From Amoebophrya sp. A120 (Eukaryota > Protista > Dinoflagellata), in assembly GCA_905178155.1 (NCBI GenBank), contig CAJINV010000015.1, positions 1,045,969 to 1,109,968 on the forward strand: DNA of 64,000 nt, in the 5' to 3' direction. The notes under the pieces were generated by a model. That model was not told the origin of the DNA and did no database searches. It saw only the letters and a list, made by a program, of their open reading frames with translations. The first letter of the stretch is position 1. Each line of letters opens with the position of its first letter. This document shows positions 38,240 through 51,119 of this stretch, one piece after another. The position numbers and the translations under genes were made by a program.

Positions 38240-41200
38240 CCTTTCACGGTCGACGGAATTTTGACTGTTCTTCGCGTAGTGGTAGGTGAATCAGTGTTGT
38301 TTTCCTGCAGCAGATGAAGAAGTTCTTCTTGTTGTGTCGAGGTTTTTTGTTTGTTGTTGTCAAACGCGCCGTCTGTGCCTACGGCAGAATCGAAAACACC
38401 TTGAAAAAGTCCTCGTCCTGGGCAATGATCTCTGCACGGATTTTCTCAGCCTTTGCCATCGCCTCGTCCGCCTCCCTCAGAAGTCGCATCCTGTGTAAAA
38501 ACGCCCCCACCCCAGAGCTGTCATGCAGATTTGCCGTGACAGAAACATTTGTGATGCGCATCCCCATGACAAGCGTTTTCGATCGTGTTTGGGAATTTGT
38601 AATGCTGTACAGAGGACAAGCAGATCGATTTGTAATGCGGCTGTCCTTCCTAACTTGCACTACCTTACGCACTGCAACTTGTCATGCGTCACTTCGAAAA
38701 CTCCTAGGTTTGTGTTGCAAAATGCCCATCGTGACTCTGGGGTGGGGACGTTTTTACCTAGGATAAATCGCTTGTTGTAGGTATCCTTCCTGTCGACCTT
38801 GTACGTCCACTGCAGTTGTATGCTCTGCAAAAGTATCGCACTCGTACAAATTGCGGTCATGCATGACAAATGTGATTTCTAAGCTAAATCAGCATGACCA
38901 ATACCGCTTCTGCTATTGCCAAAATTTGTGATGCGAATTATAAATATTGCTAGTACGATACTTTTGCAATGCATAAGTTGTTTTTTGTGTTTATTTGTTC
39001 CCCCTTTCATGCTCCCGTGCTTCAACTCGTCGAGCAGCTCCTCGTGTTTCGACGGATCCCTGATCTTCTCTAGCATCGCAAAGTCCACTGTGTCATTATG
39101 ACATTCCTTCTGGTCACAGATGAGACAGTGAACGACAATATGGATTGCAAAAATGTCTGGGTCTGGAAGGATGCAACTTGTGATGCTGCATTTGGGTATG
39201 GATTCATCTACAAAAATCTGTATTGCATGAACAGCAAAAGAGGTCCAGTTTTTGCGACGGCGAGAGGGTATTTCTCATGCGGTATAGGCATCAGGAAGCC
39301 CTCATAAAATCTGTGATGCTAGGGGATGCATCACAGACATCAGGGGTCATGCCAAAGCTGCATCACAAATCTCTGCATCCTTCCAGACCCAGACATTTTC
39401 GCATTTGATAGACAACCGTTTTGGCCTGCATGTACACTTCGTCATATATTCTGCGGAGCATCTATGAGAGCGCACAGCTCCCCCTCCCCCTCATTTGCTT
39501 TTGCATTGCATGAACAGCAATACAAACACCAGCACACGTGGAGCCTGTGCATGACAAACCCATGCGCCTAGTGCAGTACTGTTTGGGCTTCCCCAGGAAT
39601 GTGTCATGCAAACAGTGCCACGAGGGACAGGGAGCGACTGGATTTGCGGTTTTGCATGACAAATGAGGGGGAGGGGGAGTTCTTCACTGTCATAGCATCA
39701 ACCAGGGCGCAGTGGGAAAGGGTCGGGCACAGGAGATGTACTTTTCTGGGGGAAATTGCTTGCCTGTTTTATGTATCCTGTGCAAAAGCATCGTACTCGT
39801 AGTAATCGCAGTTATGCATTACAAATCTAGTTGGTTAGGTAAATCCGCATTACAAATTTAATTTGCAATGCTGAGCCAATTTGTATTGCGATTACTATAT
39901 ATTATATTCATGCGAAAAAAGAGGTAGACAGAGGGTAAACAAGAGGTGGCCGAGAGGTCAAAAAGAGGTCAAAAGAGGTAAAAAAGAGGTCGACAGAGGT
40001 GGAGAGGTGGCGCGGGACCCCTTTCGAGAGGGCCGGCGAGAGGGTGCGCGAGTATAGCCCGCCGAAGGACCCACCCTAAGGCGGCGCCTAAGTGCCTCAG
40101 AGGGTGCAGAGAGGTCAAAAAGAGGGGGCGCGAGAGTTCGACAGAGGTGGCGAGAGGTGGCGCGAATAAGGGGCGACCTCTCGCGGACCCTCTTGGCCAC
40201 CTCTCGGCCACCTCTGTCGACCTCTACCCGCGAGTATAGCCGGATTATTAGCGGGGACCCCCAAAAGAGGCCAAAAAGAGGGTCTGCGAGAGGTCTGCGA
40301 GAGGGTAAAACACAAAGAAGCGGGCGCGAATCCGCATGGCACTACCCATATTTGGCACTGCAGGCCATTCGCGGAGCTGTTTTGTTCGGCGCCTTTCCGC
40401 GCCACCCTCTCGCGCCACCCTCTCGCGCACCCTCTCGCGCCACCCTCTCGCGCTACCCTCCCCCGCCGGGCGGTTTCTGTTCGCCCCCGGTGGTCTTTGC
40501 AGCTGCTCCCTGCGCAGAGCGCCCACAGGCGCGGGAAGCGCGCAAGTGGTCCTGCGGGTTGGCGCGGCGCAATGTGTTTCGTTGTGCATAGGCCCGCGGG
40601 GTTGTGGTCCTATCGGCAAACAGTCTTGCCCCGACCCAACAGCCTTGCGCTCCGGCGGCAGCCGGAGCATGGCTGGTTTGTACTAGTGCGATGCTTTTGC
40701 AGTGCATATTATGTGACACATTCAGCTTCAGTTCCTTCACGATATCGAAGACCTCCTGCCGCTTCTCGACCTGGGTTTTGTGCTTGGATTCCTTGTTGTG
40801 TTCGCAACTCCATTCCGTGGGTTTGTGTTTCGCGTTCCGGCACAACCGGCACTATCAACTGCAAAGCTGTCTGGGTCTGGAAACTTGTAATGCTGCGTTG
40901 GGAATATTGAATGCTCTGTAATGCACAGGCAAGCATGAGAAATATCTGCGCTTCTTTGTGTTGCGTTTTTCGCATGACAACCTGCGTTTTTGCATGATAG
41001 GCAAAAGGATCTCTTCTTGGACACGCATCACAAACTTTTTGGTCATGCCAGACAAGCATGACAAATCTCAAAATCTTCCAGAACCAGACATTTTTGCATT
41101 TGATAGGCACTTGAATTGGACGATGCCGGCGTTGTCCGAGGCACAGTAGCTGTTCATTTTCCCGTATCAAAAGTACAAAAAAGTTCGTCACGATCACTCA

Positions 41201-44200
41201 TTGGGATGGGCATTGTCGCAATACAAAAAATGCCTGTCATGCGTAAAAATGCATCACAGCCAAACTTCATACGGACTCTCTCTATAGAAGTGTTTCTGCA
41301 ATACAAGGAAAAGTTGTGATGCTAAGAAAATTTGTAATGCAAAACCTCCAAGCTAGTGACTGTGACAAACTTTTGTCTGTCCATATCTCGGGCCGCACAA
41401 CCGCACAGTATCCGATGAGGTCCTGGTTGAGAAACAGCCGATTTTTCGTATGGAAGCGTCAGGATCGAAATCGACAAAGTCGAAATAATCTGTCATGCAG
41501 AAAATGCGACACAAAAAGTGACTCTATTGCAGAGAACAACGCAAAGGAGGCAGATTGTAGTCCTGCTAAAAGTCAAGAATTGGGCTGGTGGCTAGCATGA
41601 CAGAGGGGAGCTCTTTTGCCCTAAACCGCATGACATTGGTGGTCTACGGGCAGGACGTCCCGGTGGCACGACGGCCGATAAGCTTACAAATTCATTCATT
41701 CATTCACGACCCTCGCGAGTCAACGCACTTCCGATGGTGCATGCAGAAACACAAATGACAGATTCGCTTCCAGGACGAGGGAAATGCGCCATGCGCCGAC
41801 TAAAAACTGTAGGTCTAACTGGCATCGATTTTGTGCATCGCAAGTTTCTCGATTTTGTCGATTTCGATCGTGACACTCCCATACTTCGCCGTGTTGAAGT
41901 AGAGGAGATGTTCGTAGTCTTGGTACTTGTAGTACTTCAAAAAATTGTCGAAGTTCAGCTTGTTCAGCGTTTTCTATGAACTGCAAAAGCATCGCACTAC
42001 GTATGAATTGCATGACAAATTTCCTCAGCATGAGAAAGAAAATTTGTAATGCGGATTTAACCTGAGAAAGAAATTTGTAATGCATGAATGCGATTAGTAC
42101 GTGTGCGATACTTTTGCACAGGATATTTTCCGCGGGTCCACGACTTGACCGGTGTCCTTGTTCGGTGCGGTTTGCTTGTTTAGGTCGAACATTTGGTACT
42201 GGAGCTGCTTGTTCTTCTTCACCTCTTCCTTATCCCTGTCGGCCTGAAAATGCCAGCCCCGTTTCTGGTCCCACAAGGGTATCAAATGTAAAAGTGTCTG
42301 GGTCTGGAAGAATTCATGTTTGTCATGCTTGTCTGGCATGACTCCTAAATCTGTCATGCACGTTACCCAAGAGCTCCGCTTTTCTGTGATGCAGAAGCGC
42401 AGTTTGTCATGCAGAATAGGCAACACCTAGGAGCTCAGAAACTTGTCATGCTGAGCCAGCATTTGTAGCCTCATCATGAGACGCCACCCAGCATCACAAG
42501 TTTCCAGACCCAGACACTTTTACATTTGATAAAGGGCTGACCGTGTCGATTCGTCCAGTAGTCCTTCATTCGGTTCTTGAACTTCCTCGCGCGGAGAAGC
42601 CGCGTGGTGCATGGGATTCTCAACTGTTACATTCTCAACTACTGCTACATGAATTTGTGATGCAAGAATAGGAAAAGTAAAAAGAAGGAAGCCTGCTGCA
42701 CCTCCCGCATTACAAATTTGGCACAGAGAAGTTTCATGCTTTTTAGTCCTTCAAAATAAATTTGTCATGCATACCCGACTGCGCCACATCGAAAACCTTT
42801 GCACCGTCGCCGCAAGCAGCTACGGCCGCAGGAGATCTAGGGTCAGAACCGCGAAAAACATCGCGAGTATTTCTTCATCCCCGGGCACTTATGTTATCTT
42901 TACCGTACTTCTCGCTAACACTGTATGAGCTGCTGCAGACACACTGTGACAGGGAAAAACACAGGCGCCACAATACTAGAACCCACTTTCTAAATAGTAT
43001 ACGGAAAACTGGCAGGCACCTGTCGCACAAAAGAAATAGCAACAGGCGCGGGTACAGAGTCCGAGAAAGTTTTGGCTAGCTTACGAGGAGATTGCTGATT
43101 GAAAACCAACAATGCTCGTAGAAGGTGTCACAACTGGCGTCGACAGTTGTGAGAAGAGCGCACCTGATTGGCAAGACAGCGAAAACGGATTTACAGGCCG
43201 CGAAGCGTTCTCATGTGTGAAAACCTGCCAAACCGTCCGTAGCTCACCTTCTTCAAGCGTTCGTGGCCGCGAAGTCGTGGGCGTAGCATGATGAAAGGTA
43301 GACGGCTGGGCTTTCTCATCGAAGGCAGATTTCCGTCTGCGAGCATCTTCTTCAACAGCGGCCAGAATTCAGCTCGCGGAGAGGGTCGCCGTCCTCTCTC
43401 CGGGTTTCCGCTGTATGTCCTCTCGTGCCACCAACTATCTCCGCCCCGGAATGGGGCTAGCCTAGCTCGCATCTATTGTGCGCCCTTAGCTCGCGATTGC
43501 GAGGCTAGGGAACAAGTCTCTATTGGACTTGTTGCTATTGTGGCTAGCCCTCCCCCTCTGCTCGTCGGGAGAGAAGATTCGCACCGCTTCGGTTCCACTT
43601 GTCACGCACGTGCTAAATACCGCTTGGAACTGCCATCCGTCTGCCCTGGCTCTGCGCACCGAGAAGCCCCGGCGCCATCTGCTCCGTGCTCTCTCCCCTG
43701 GCTCTGGCTCGGCGCAAATGCTTTGCGCGGAGGAGTTGGCAGCAACGCATCTTTATTGCGTGCCCCTACACATCTTTATTGCGTGCTTACGGGAGCGAGC
43801 CATCTGGATTGCGGCTCACTGCTGCAAACTCCTAGCGCGCCGCCGCATTTGCAACCTACCTCCCTCCAGCGGGGGCCGCCTTCCTCACAGGTCCGCCCGT
43901 GCCGACCTGATTTATCGCTGACACCCCGGGTAGCCCACCATCGCCGCGCCGTCGGCTGGTTAGTCCGGTACCATGGCGGTCGCTGCTGGGACGATCTCCG
44001 GCGCCGCCGTGTCTTGCTGACGATGTACAACTTGGGCGAATTCCCGTGGAAGAGTGCCCGCAGCCCCGCACAAAATCCAGTCGAGCCACCGTGCGCAGCG
44101 ACACGGACACCAGCCCGCACATAATCCGCAGGACATTTTTCCAAGAGGAGCAGGAGCACACAGACGTAAGGGTCGCAGCTCTACTGCAGATCAGGAGAAA

Positions 44201-44992
44201 AGAATGCGAATGCTGAATAGCGGAAGAGAGAAAATAAGCAAAAACGAAAAATGTCGAGGAAACCTATTGACTACGTCGGGCCTCTAAACTACTGCAATCT
44301 GTAAAGGCTAATGGTATGCATTTACTCACGCAGAGGGTCGCTGTCGGAAAAATTAACTGTGCTCAGCGGATCCCCCCCACCACCGGGGCAGGGGTTGGCA
44401 TATTAAGGATCTTGAGCCAAAATGGCTACGGAGTGGCTTTCTCGTGTGGATGCTCATGCTGATGTCGATCTCGATGTGGATTCTGCATTGCAAAACTTAT
44501 GCAACAGTATGAGAATGTAACGTTTGAGAACTCCATATGGTGGCTCTGCCGATCAGTAGGTCGGGGTGGATTTCAAAGCCGAAGTCATTCTTGCTGTTCT
44601 CTTTGTCCGCGAGGTACTCGGACGTGAACTCTGGGTCGATGGGTTTCTGCGCAGGAAAGAGCTGCTTCTGGACTTGCCGCAGCTGCTGTTGCGCAGACCG
44701 ACCTTTGGTTGTCAGGTCCAGCACCGAATATGCATTGCAAATGTATCGTCCTCGTAGTAATCCTAATGCTAATCCTAATCGCAGTCATGCAAAGTATACA
44801 AATCTCGTTTTCGTTCCCAAGGTATCCATTAAAGCAGCATGGCAAATTCCATTTCTCATGCTGGGGAAATTTGCCATGCGACTTCCACTAGTACGATAAC
44901 GAGACTTTTGCAATGCATACCGAGTCCGGTATGTCGATGTCCCGCTCGGCCGCTTTTGCGCGGGTAGTGGTGGAAGCGGACGAGGACGGCAT
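38240..44992 (-). CDS. Hypothetical protein with matrin/U1C-type C2H2 Zn-finger-like motif; 3' end unresolved
   Basis: ATG 44992 (MPSSSASTTT...). In-frame joins across 10 introners; CRLC-x13-H-x5-H (CRLCRNAKHKPTEWSCEHNKESKH) and a second CLIC motif. Junctions around 41170-41880 are not resolved. Confidence 0.55.
38487..38765. mobile_element. Introner, family C
   Basis: TSD AGTCG/AATCG; left end CAT. Confidence 0.8.
38819..38975. mobile_element. Introner, family B
   Basis: TSD AGTTG. Confidence 0.85.
39139..39410. mobile_element. Introner, family A
   Basis: TSD GACAA. Confidence 0.85.
39463..39694. mobile_element. Introner, family F
   Basis: TSD GCATC. Confidence 0.85.
39774..40708. mobile_element. 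Family B introner carrying Helitron-like insert
   Basis: B TIRs, TSD TTATG. Confidence 0.85.
39892..40676 (+). mobile_element. Non-autonomous Helitron-like element, copy 1
   Basis: Inserted between A and T with no TSD; 5' TTACTATATATT; 3' hairpin GCTCCGGC-GGCA-GCCGGAGC then CTGG (CTRR); near-identical to 54405-55172. Confidence 0.7.
40853..41105. mobile_element. Introner, family A
   Basis: TSD GGCAC. Confidence 0.85.
41975..42125. mobile_element. Introner, family B
   Basis: TSD TTTTC. Confidence 0.85.
42280..42531. mobile_element. Introner, family A
   Basis: TSD AAGGG. Confidence 0.85.
42610..44537. mobile_element. Oversize family E introner (1928 bp) carrying an SL-headed insert
   Basis: E TIRs, TSD TGGTG; arms homologous to 17747-17982; removal restores GRATTRLLR. 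Confidence 0.85.
44411..44432 (-). other. Dinoflagellate spliced-leader sequence (genomic copy)
   Basis: Minus strand reads TCCGTAGCCATTTTGGCTCAAG, matching DCCGTAGCCATTTTGGCTCAAG at 22/22; followed by ATCC, not GT. Confidence 0.92.
44729..44919. mobile_element. Introner, family B
   Basis: TSD CCGAA/CCGAG. Confidence 0.8.
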
Positions 44993-47950
44993 TTTCTTCA
45001 CGACACGGATGGAGATACTAGTGCACCAGTTGCAGATGCTGAAGTTGAACTGCGACTGCGAGTGTGATATATTATACTTATTTCCTGGACTACAACTTCT
45101 TCTCGCACAGGTGTCGTCGTGGCAAGCACTGTTAGTACGTAGTAATGCTTGTGTCTGTCCCCAAAAGTTCTTGCTAGATCTCGTGGTTCGCAGGGGGGGG
45201 GTGTCGTCTTCGTGCTCGATGTCGATTTTTATGTGAGTCCCGTACTATTCTTTGGCTCTCCTTCAATACAACGCGCAGGCGAAGTGCTTCCAGAGTGCTG
45301 TAGTAGTCTTTGATCCTACCAGCACTGCTACTTAAGTACGCGACGGTCGTGTTGATCAATACGCGCAGGTCGTGATCGATGATGTTTCCTTGAAGATACT
45401 AGTGCCACTGCTACTTCACGTTCAGGAAGGTTTGATGTGCTGGCCGTCCAACAAATGATCCACTTCTACTCCAGAAGATCAGGAACACGACCAGCGCCCT
45501 CGACCACGACACAAATTAATATCGGTCGTTATTCTAGTACTCCACCGGCGGGGATGAACCAGCCGCTGCACCTACATGAACTACAGGATGAAGAGGACGA
45601 TGTAAAGAAAACGCTGGCAGAGCAGCACGGGTATGCTGGTTGAAGATGCTTCGGACGAGTGGGTGTCCTTCGATGATCTCCTGCTCGTCGAGGTGCAAAA
45701 CTGAGCACTAAGGCTGGAGGAAGTCTGAGCACAGAGTCTGCTCCGTCTCGCTCCGGAAAATGTATGTGTATTCGCGCGGGAGAAAATGTATGTGTATTTG
45801 AATCGGAATCCAATCTGCTTGAAGAAAAACACGACGGCCGCGGGGGCAGACTCGTTTTCGCCAAATTATTGCCCTAGACGAGACAGGTGTAGGACAAGAA
45901 GGTCGTCGTGTCGCTTGTACTTACATTGTAGAAGTTCAGGATTCCGTTCTTCCAGAATAAAATTTGCCCGACTAAGAAGTCGAGTGGGTATTCTTTTTAG
46001 TACAACTCGCGACAACTTTGGCCGCTGCGTCGTTCCGGATCCGGTCGATGTGCTTGTTTGCGGATGAAGATATTAATTTGTTGAAGATGATTCTGGCAGC
46101 CGAGGAACCAACTACGATAATTGGTGGTCCGCCTCCTAGTCGTGGAGCTGGTTGTCCGGGCTTTCCTTACCGTTCGCGGCTAGTACAACGTCGAAACTAC
46201 AAAACTGGGCTCGGCAAACTGCGTGGAAATCTTCAGATTGCTTGGTAGTTGTACACTGTTTGGCTTGTTGCGAAGGAACTCTTCTTGGAAAATTTAGTTT
46301 TGTCGGTGTTCGAAAGTAGGTCGCATAGTACTATACTATCTTTAACCACTAGTGTTGACAGATGGGAATGGAACAAGTACGACTGTGCTCTTAGACCACG
46401 TAGAGTCTCTCTCAGTTGTCATCTGGTTCTGGTCGGATGTGACGCATACAAATTTTCAGAGTCTGCACTAGAGAGGGAGGAAAAATGGCTTTTCGAAATA
46501 ATATGAAGTGTAAGCAAGAAGCAGTCAACATCGGTTCTGTTTTTTCCTTGATTTTTCGGCCTTTCAATTGCTTCGCGGCGGAAAGGAGCAGGCGGATAGG
46601 TGTCACACAGTTGTGGCGAAATACGACGGGAAGCTCTACTTCTGCAGCTTTGAACCCGGTTTCATCTCTTTGCTTTGCTGTTGCAAAAAAGTAGATCCAG
46701 AAGATCATACCCTCAGATGAACATGAATCTTCAAACGTTGTAGCCAATCATATGACGCTGTGACAGTTTTGCATTCCTGTAGGAATTGTGGTGAGCCACG
46801 TACTAGGCAACATCGTATAATGTTTGCACTTTCTGTTTCATCTCTTTCATCCACTTGTACTTCTTGTTTCTGAACATGCCGCCGCGACAAGAACCGGAAC
46901 ACAGTACTACCACAACAAATCGACGTCCCCTGACTGCAGGTGCAGCACTACATTTTTATAGCTGCAAGAAGCAACTACACAATACTTCTAAACCGGATTT
47001 GCTTTTTCATCTCCTGAAAATACCTAGTCCTCTTGCGTAGGATTTTTCTGCGTTCGATTCTTCAAAAAATAAGTAGCATCTGTCGAGGCTCCTCGAAGAG
47101 CAGCGCCGCGCCGAGCTTGAAAAAATCCTTTGTGATAAATTTGTCGTGTCGCTGAAAACTAGTACGCACTTACACCGCTACGCGGACCACTGCGACTCGC
47201 TGCTATCAAAAGATACAGATGCAGCTGTCTATAGAGCAAAACTTTCGTACTCATCACAACTGGAACTTTTCATATCACGCCTGGATTCTTCGTCCAGCAT
47301 ATCATGGTCGAGCAAAATTTTTCTACTGCTCTCTATTCACACGCCTCGTCGCTTTTCAAAGTAGTAGCTGTCGTTGTCAGAAGTGGTCGTGTAAATCGAG
47401 CGTAATTATGGGCGGAAAATGTGACTACAATGACTCATAGTAGCCAGGAGGGGACGACCTCTCCACGGATTCAACATCCTCCGTTGGTCGTACAGAAAAG
47501 GGTGATACGTAAAAATGAAGAGTCGTCCAGAGATGACAGGTCGGGGAGGAAAGTAGAGTAGTAGACCTCCGCATTAAAGGAGGTCCTTCGAAAAGTAAAT
47601 AAAAGTAGCTTATATAAAAGTGTGTGCCAACAATACAGACAAGACAGCTACACACCAAATAATCCTTCGAGTGCGCCGTACCAATCAAGACTTGGCCTAC
47701 ACTTCTGAAAGAAAAGGTTTGTGGTGATGTTTGCAAGTCAAGCCCGCTCCTGCTCCCGTTGGAAAAGTTGAACTCGTATAAAAATTTGCGGTCGCCGAAA
47801 TTTTTACTCAGCCCGAGAATATGTTGTCAAATTTTAGACGTTGGTATTGGTTTTTGTTGGATGCGTCCCTCAGAGTAGTACAAATACTACTGACATCCAT
47901 AACTCAAAAGTAGAAGTGAAAGTGAGGAAACTGAAGCAGCAGAGTTCTTG

Positions 47951-48162
47951 TATCCAAGAAAAAAACACCATCACAATCACACTTAGGAGGTTTTGCATCA
48001 GAAATTTCTCTCGCATGACAAATTTTTCTTGTAATGCAAAAACCCAAAGGGAAATCACCAATAACTCTTTACTGTGATGCATTTTTGCGCATGACAAAAA
48101 TTTTAATTTTTGTATTGCAAAAATGCGCATAAGTGATTGTGATGGTGTTTTTTTCTTGAATA
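47951..48162. mobile_element. Introner-type element, family G (TATCCAAGAAAAAAACACCATCACAATCAC), in presumed AGXT 3' UTR
   Basis: About 30-bp TIR, TSD TCTTG, 15 nt past the stop codon. Confidence 0.8.
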
Positions 48163-48177
48163 TCTTGTTTTCTTCCT

Positions 48178-51119
48178 TTACAAACTCGAGCTGGGGTTTT
48201 TCACCGCTTCAATGCACTCCGCCAACGCGGCGGTCACCGTTTTCACGTTCATTTTGTTAGAGTTGTACCCCATGAGCCCGATCCGCCTATCAAAAGGAAA
48301 AATCCCCCCCCCCATATCGTAATGGAAATCTGTGATGCAGGATTTGTGTACACAAATCGGATTTGTCTTGCGGTAGAGGGCTGCAGACAGATACAAAGCC
48401 CGGAAAGGGGTGGCTTGGGGTAGGCACTTAGCATGGCAGACGTCTGCCCTAGTAGCGTAGCAGCATTACAAATCGCCTGCGAAATGCACCGGAGGCCCTG
48501 GCTTTGCTCTCTTGCAAGACAGACTGGTTGAGCTGGGCGACCTCAGATGGCACCCCCGTCCCGAATTTCTCTTGATTTTTTAAGATTTTTTTTTCAAAAA
48601 AAAAATTTGGCAGGCCACTCGTCGTCGGGTGCCAACGTTCGATGGCCAGCCGCGAAGCTAAGCTGCGCTATTCTACTAGACCTCTCTGGTTCTAGTGCTG
48701 CTTTTATTTGCAGCTTCTCCGCATTACAAATTGCTGCTTTCTTGTCTACTTCCAACGATCTTTTTCGGTATCCCTTAGAAGTGGCGACGTATCCTCACAA
48801 AAAGTGCTCACTTTTGATGGCCAAAAGTGAACTCCAAAAAAGTCATCTTTTCCCATTTTTACCTCAAAAAAGTCTCTCGATTTTCTAGAAGGTGAAACCG
48901 AAAAAGACCTGCAATAATTGAGAATATAAGTGGGAGAGGAGACTTTTTTCTAGACTTTTTTTTTGGGTATGCAAGGTCGGAAGACGAAACCGAGGAGGAA
49001 AAACAGGAGACTTTTTTGGGAGCTCAAAAGTGATCATTTTTGGCTTCCAAAAATGTGCACTTGTTGTGGGGAAAAGCTGATGCTTGCTTTGGTGAGTGTT
49101 TGATGAGTCCACCACACCAACTGGAATAGCATCGACGCAGCATGCCGTGCAGTTTCGACTCAGCAAACGAGTTAGGAATGCGTAGCCACCTTAGAAATTC
49201 ACCTGACGACGTGAGTCGCAACCTTTTTCCCAGTGCAAAGTAGGACGAAAAATCCCAAAATTTTTTTTGAAATGATGATATTGGCAGTGTGCCCTTTAGC
49301 GGACTGCTGCGTGCTACTCCCTCCTCCAGCCCGAGAGCAGCTGAACGCCGATCTTCTATGACGAACAGTTTTTTTGAAAAAAAAATCTTAAAAAATTGGA
49401 AGAAATTTGGAAGACTTTTTTCATCTGAGCCGCCCAGCTCAAGACTGGATGTGTGACCACAAATTAGCATCACAAATTTCGAAAAGCGCGCCTTTTCGAT
49501 ATGGGGAGGGGGGATTTTTCCTCACAATACCGCCAGCACTTTCCCTTCAAGCTCCCGAGCGCCGCCCCGATCTCGATGTCAAAGCGGTCCCGCATCAGCG
49601 CGATCACCTTCATGCCGTCGCCGCACCCGTCCGGGATTTTGATGGTTGTCAAAGACGGTAACCGGATCTTTTCATCCACGTACGGCTCGCACCCGATCTT
49701 TTTCAACTCCGCCCAAAAGTACTGCGCGTTGGCCAAATGGCGCGCGTGGGAATTCTCGAGACCCTCCTCCGCGACCAGCGTAAGGGCTTCCCGCATCGCG
49801 TAGGCCATGGTGATCGGGGCCGTGTGGTGGTAGACGCGCGGGGCGTTACCCTCCACAACCATATACTTTTTTATCATGCTCATGTCCAGGTACCAATTTT
49901 TCACCTTGTCTTTCCGACTGTCCAGCTTTTTGAGCGCGCGCTCGCCGAGCGTGAGTGGGGCGATACCCGGGGGACAACCCATACCTGTTGTAGGTAGAAG
50001 TTTTTTTTTCACACACTGTAAGTACTAAATCACTGACTTGGTTGATGTGTCGTATTTCATCTGCATAGAAAGAACGAGCACCTACTCGTTCACGTGAGGA
50101 ATCTGAATCTGAGGCGTGATCCACCGGTACCATATGAATTTCAACTTGAATTTTTGGAACGAGTGATTAATTATGATATGATAAAGTAGAAATACATTTC
50201 TGCCCGCCCGCGTAGCAAATGTCGACCTTCCAATCGTCCAGGTGGATCGGCACCCCGCAGATACTTGTTACCGTATCCAGCATGAGGAGGCAGTCGTGTT
50301 TTCGGCACAGTTCGCCGATCTCGCCCACGTTAGGTTGCAGTGTACCTGTATTTATTCATTAAGGAAATTTGTATTGCGTCATTTCAACATGATCCATGTC
50401 TATATATGGGGTTGCGTTCACAATCACATGCGACCTCCCATGCATGGCAGAAAACGATATTACCTGTGCTGGTTTCGGCATGGCAGATCCAGAGCAGCTG
50501 TGGTTTGTATTTTTCCAGCCCGGCCGCTACTTCTTCCACGGTAAAAACCTCGCCGTAGGGCTTGTCAATGCGCTCGATTTTGTCCGTATACCGTCCGTGC
50601 ATGTCCACCGCCCGCTCGCCGAAATAACCGTTCACACAGATTAAGTGCGTGTCCCCAAACTCGGTGCAGTTTGCCACGCCGGCCTCCCACGCGGCGCACC
50701 CAGTCCCAGAGACCGGAACAGTAAACAGGTTTTGCGTTTGCCACATATACCTTTCATTATATTTCAATCTTTTAATTTGAGGCATCCATGGCGTTTATTT
50801 GCATGACTGACAGAGAACTCGATACGTCTAGTACCTTCTTCATCAGCACCACAAATTCATAATATTTTTCGATTGCCCAATAAATTTGTTCCATGCATGT
50901 TGCTATTTTCTTCACGTTGTACCTGAGCATGTGCTTGATGTCTTCCACGATGCGCATAAAATCGGCGTCCAAGTGCCCCACCTGCTGCAGCGCCATGGCG
51001 GCGTGCACGCGTGGGTGCGCATTCTGCGGCCCCGGTCCGAGTAGCAGGCGTTTCACGGGAGCCAGCTGCGGCTTCACCAATTTGGTGTCCAGAAGCGGGT
51101 TTTTCACAAAAAGGCCCAT
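48178..51119 (-). CDS. AGXT: Alanine-glyoxylate / serine-pyruvate aminotransferase (class V PLP enzyme)
   Basis: LLLGPGP, VSGTGCAAWE, VNGYFGER, HAETSTG, PPGIAP, WYLD, YHHTAP, WRIGLMGYN; C-terminal SSL*. An upstream in-frame ATG lies at 51335. Confidence 0.9.
48288..49529. mobile_element. Oversize family D introner (1242 bp) in AGXT
   Basis: TSD CCGCC; restores KCWRIGLMGYN. Confidence 0.88.
48528..49442. mobile_element. Nested non-autonomous TIR element (Mutator-like MITE)
   Basis: About 75-bp imperfect TIRs (TTGAGCTGGGCG…CTCAGATG…TTTTTAAGATTTTTTTTTCAAAA); flanking AGACTGG direct repeat. Confidence 0.7.

Noticed and set aside
43288-44124. 278-aa plus-strand ORF as the autonomous introner transposase
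   Set aside because: Antisense to the SL-headed insert, no catalytic motif, and the cargo is a secondary insertion.
44411-44432. Functional SL RNA gene
   Set aside because: No GT donor after the 22-mer, no tandem array, and it sits exactly at an insertion boundary.
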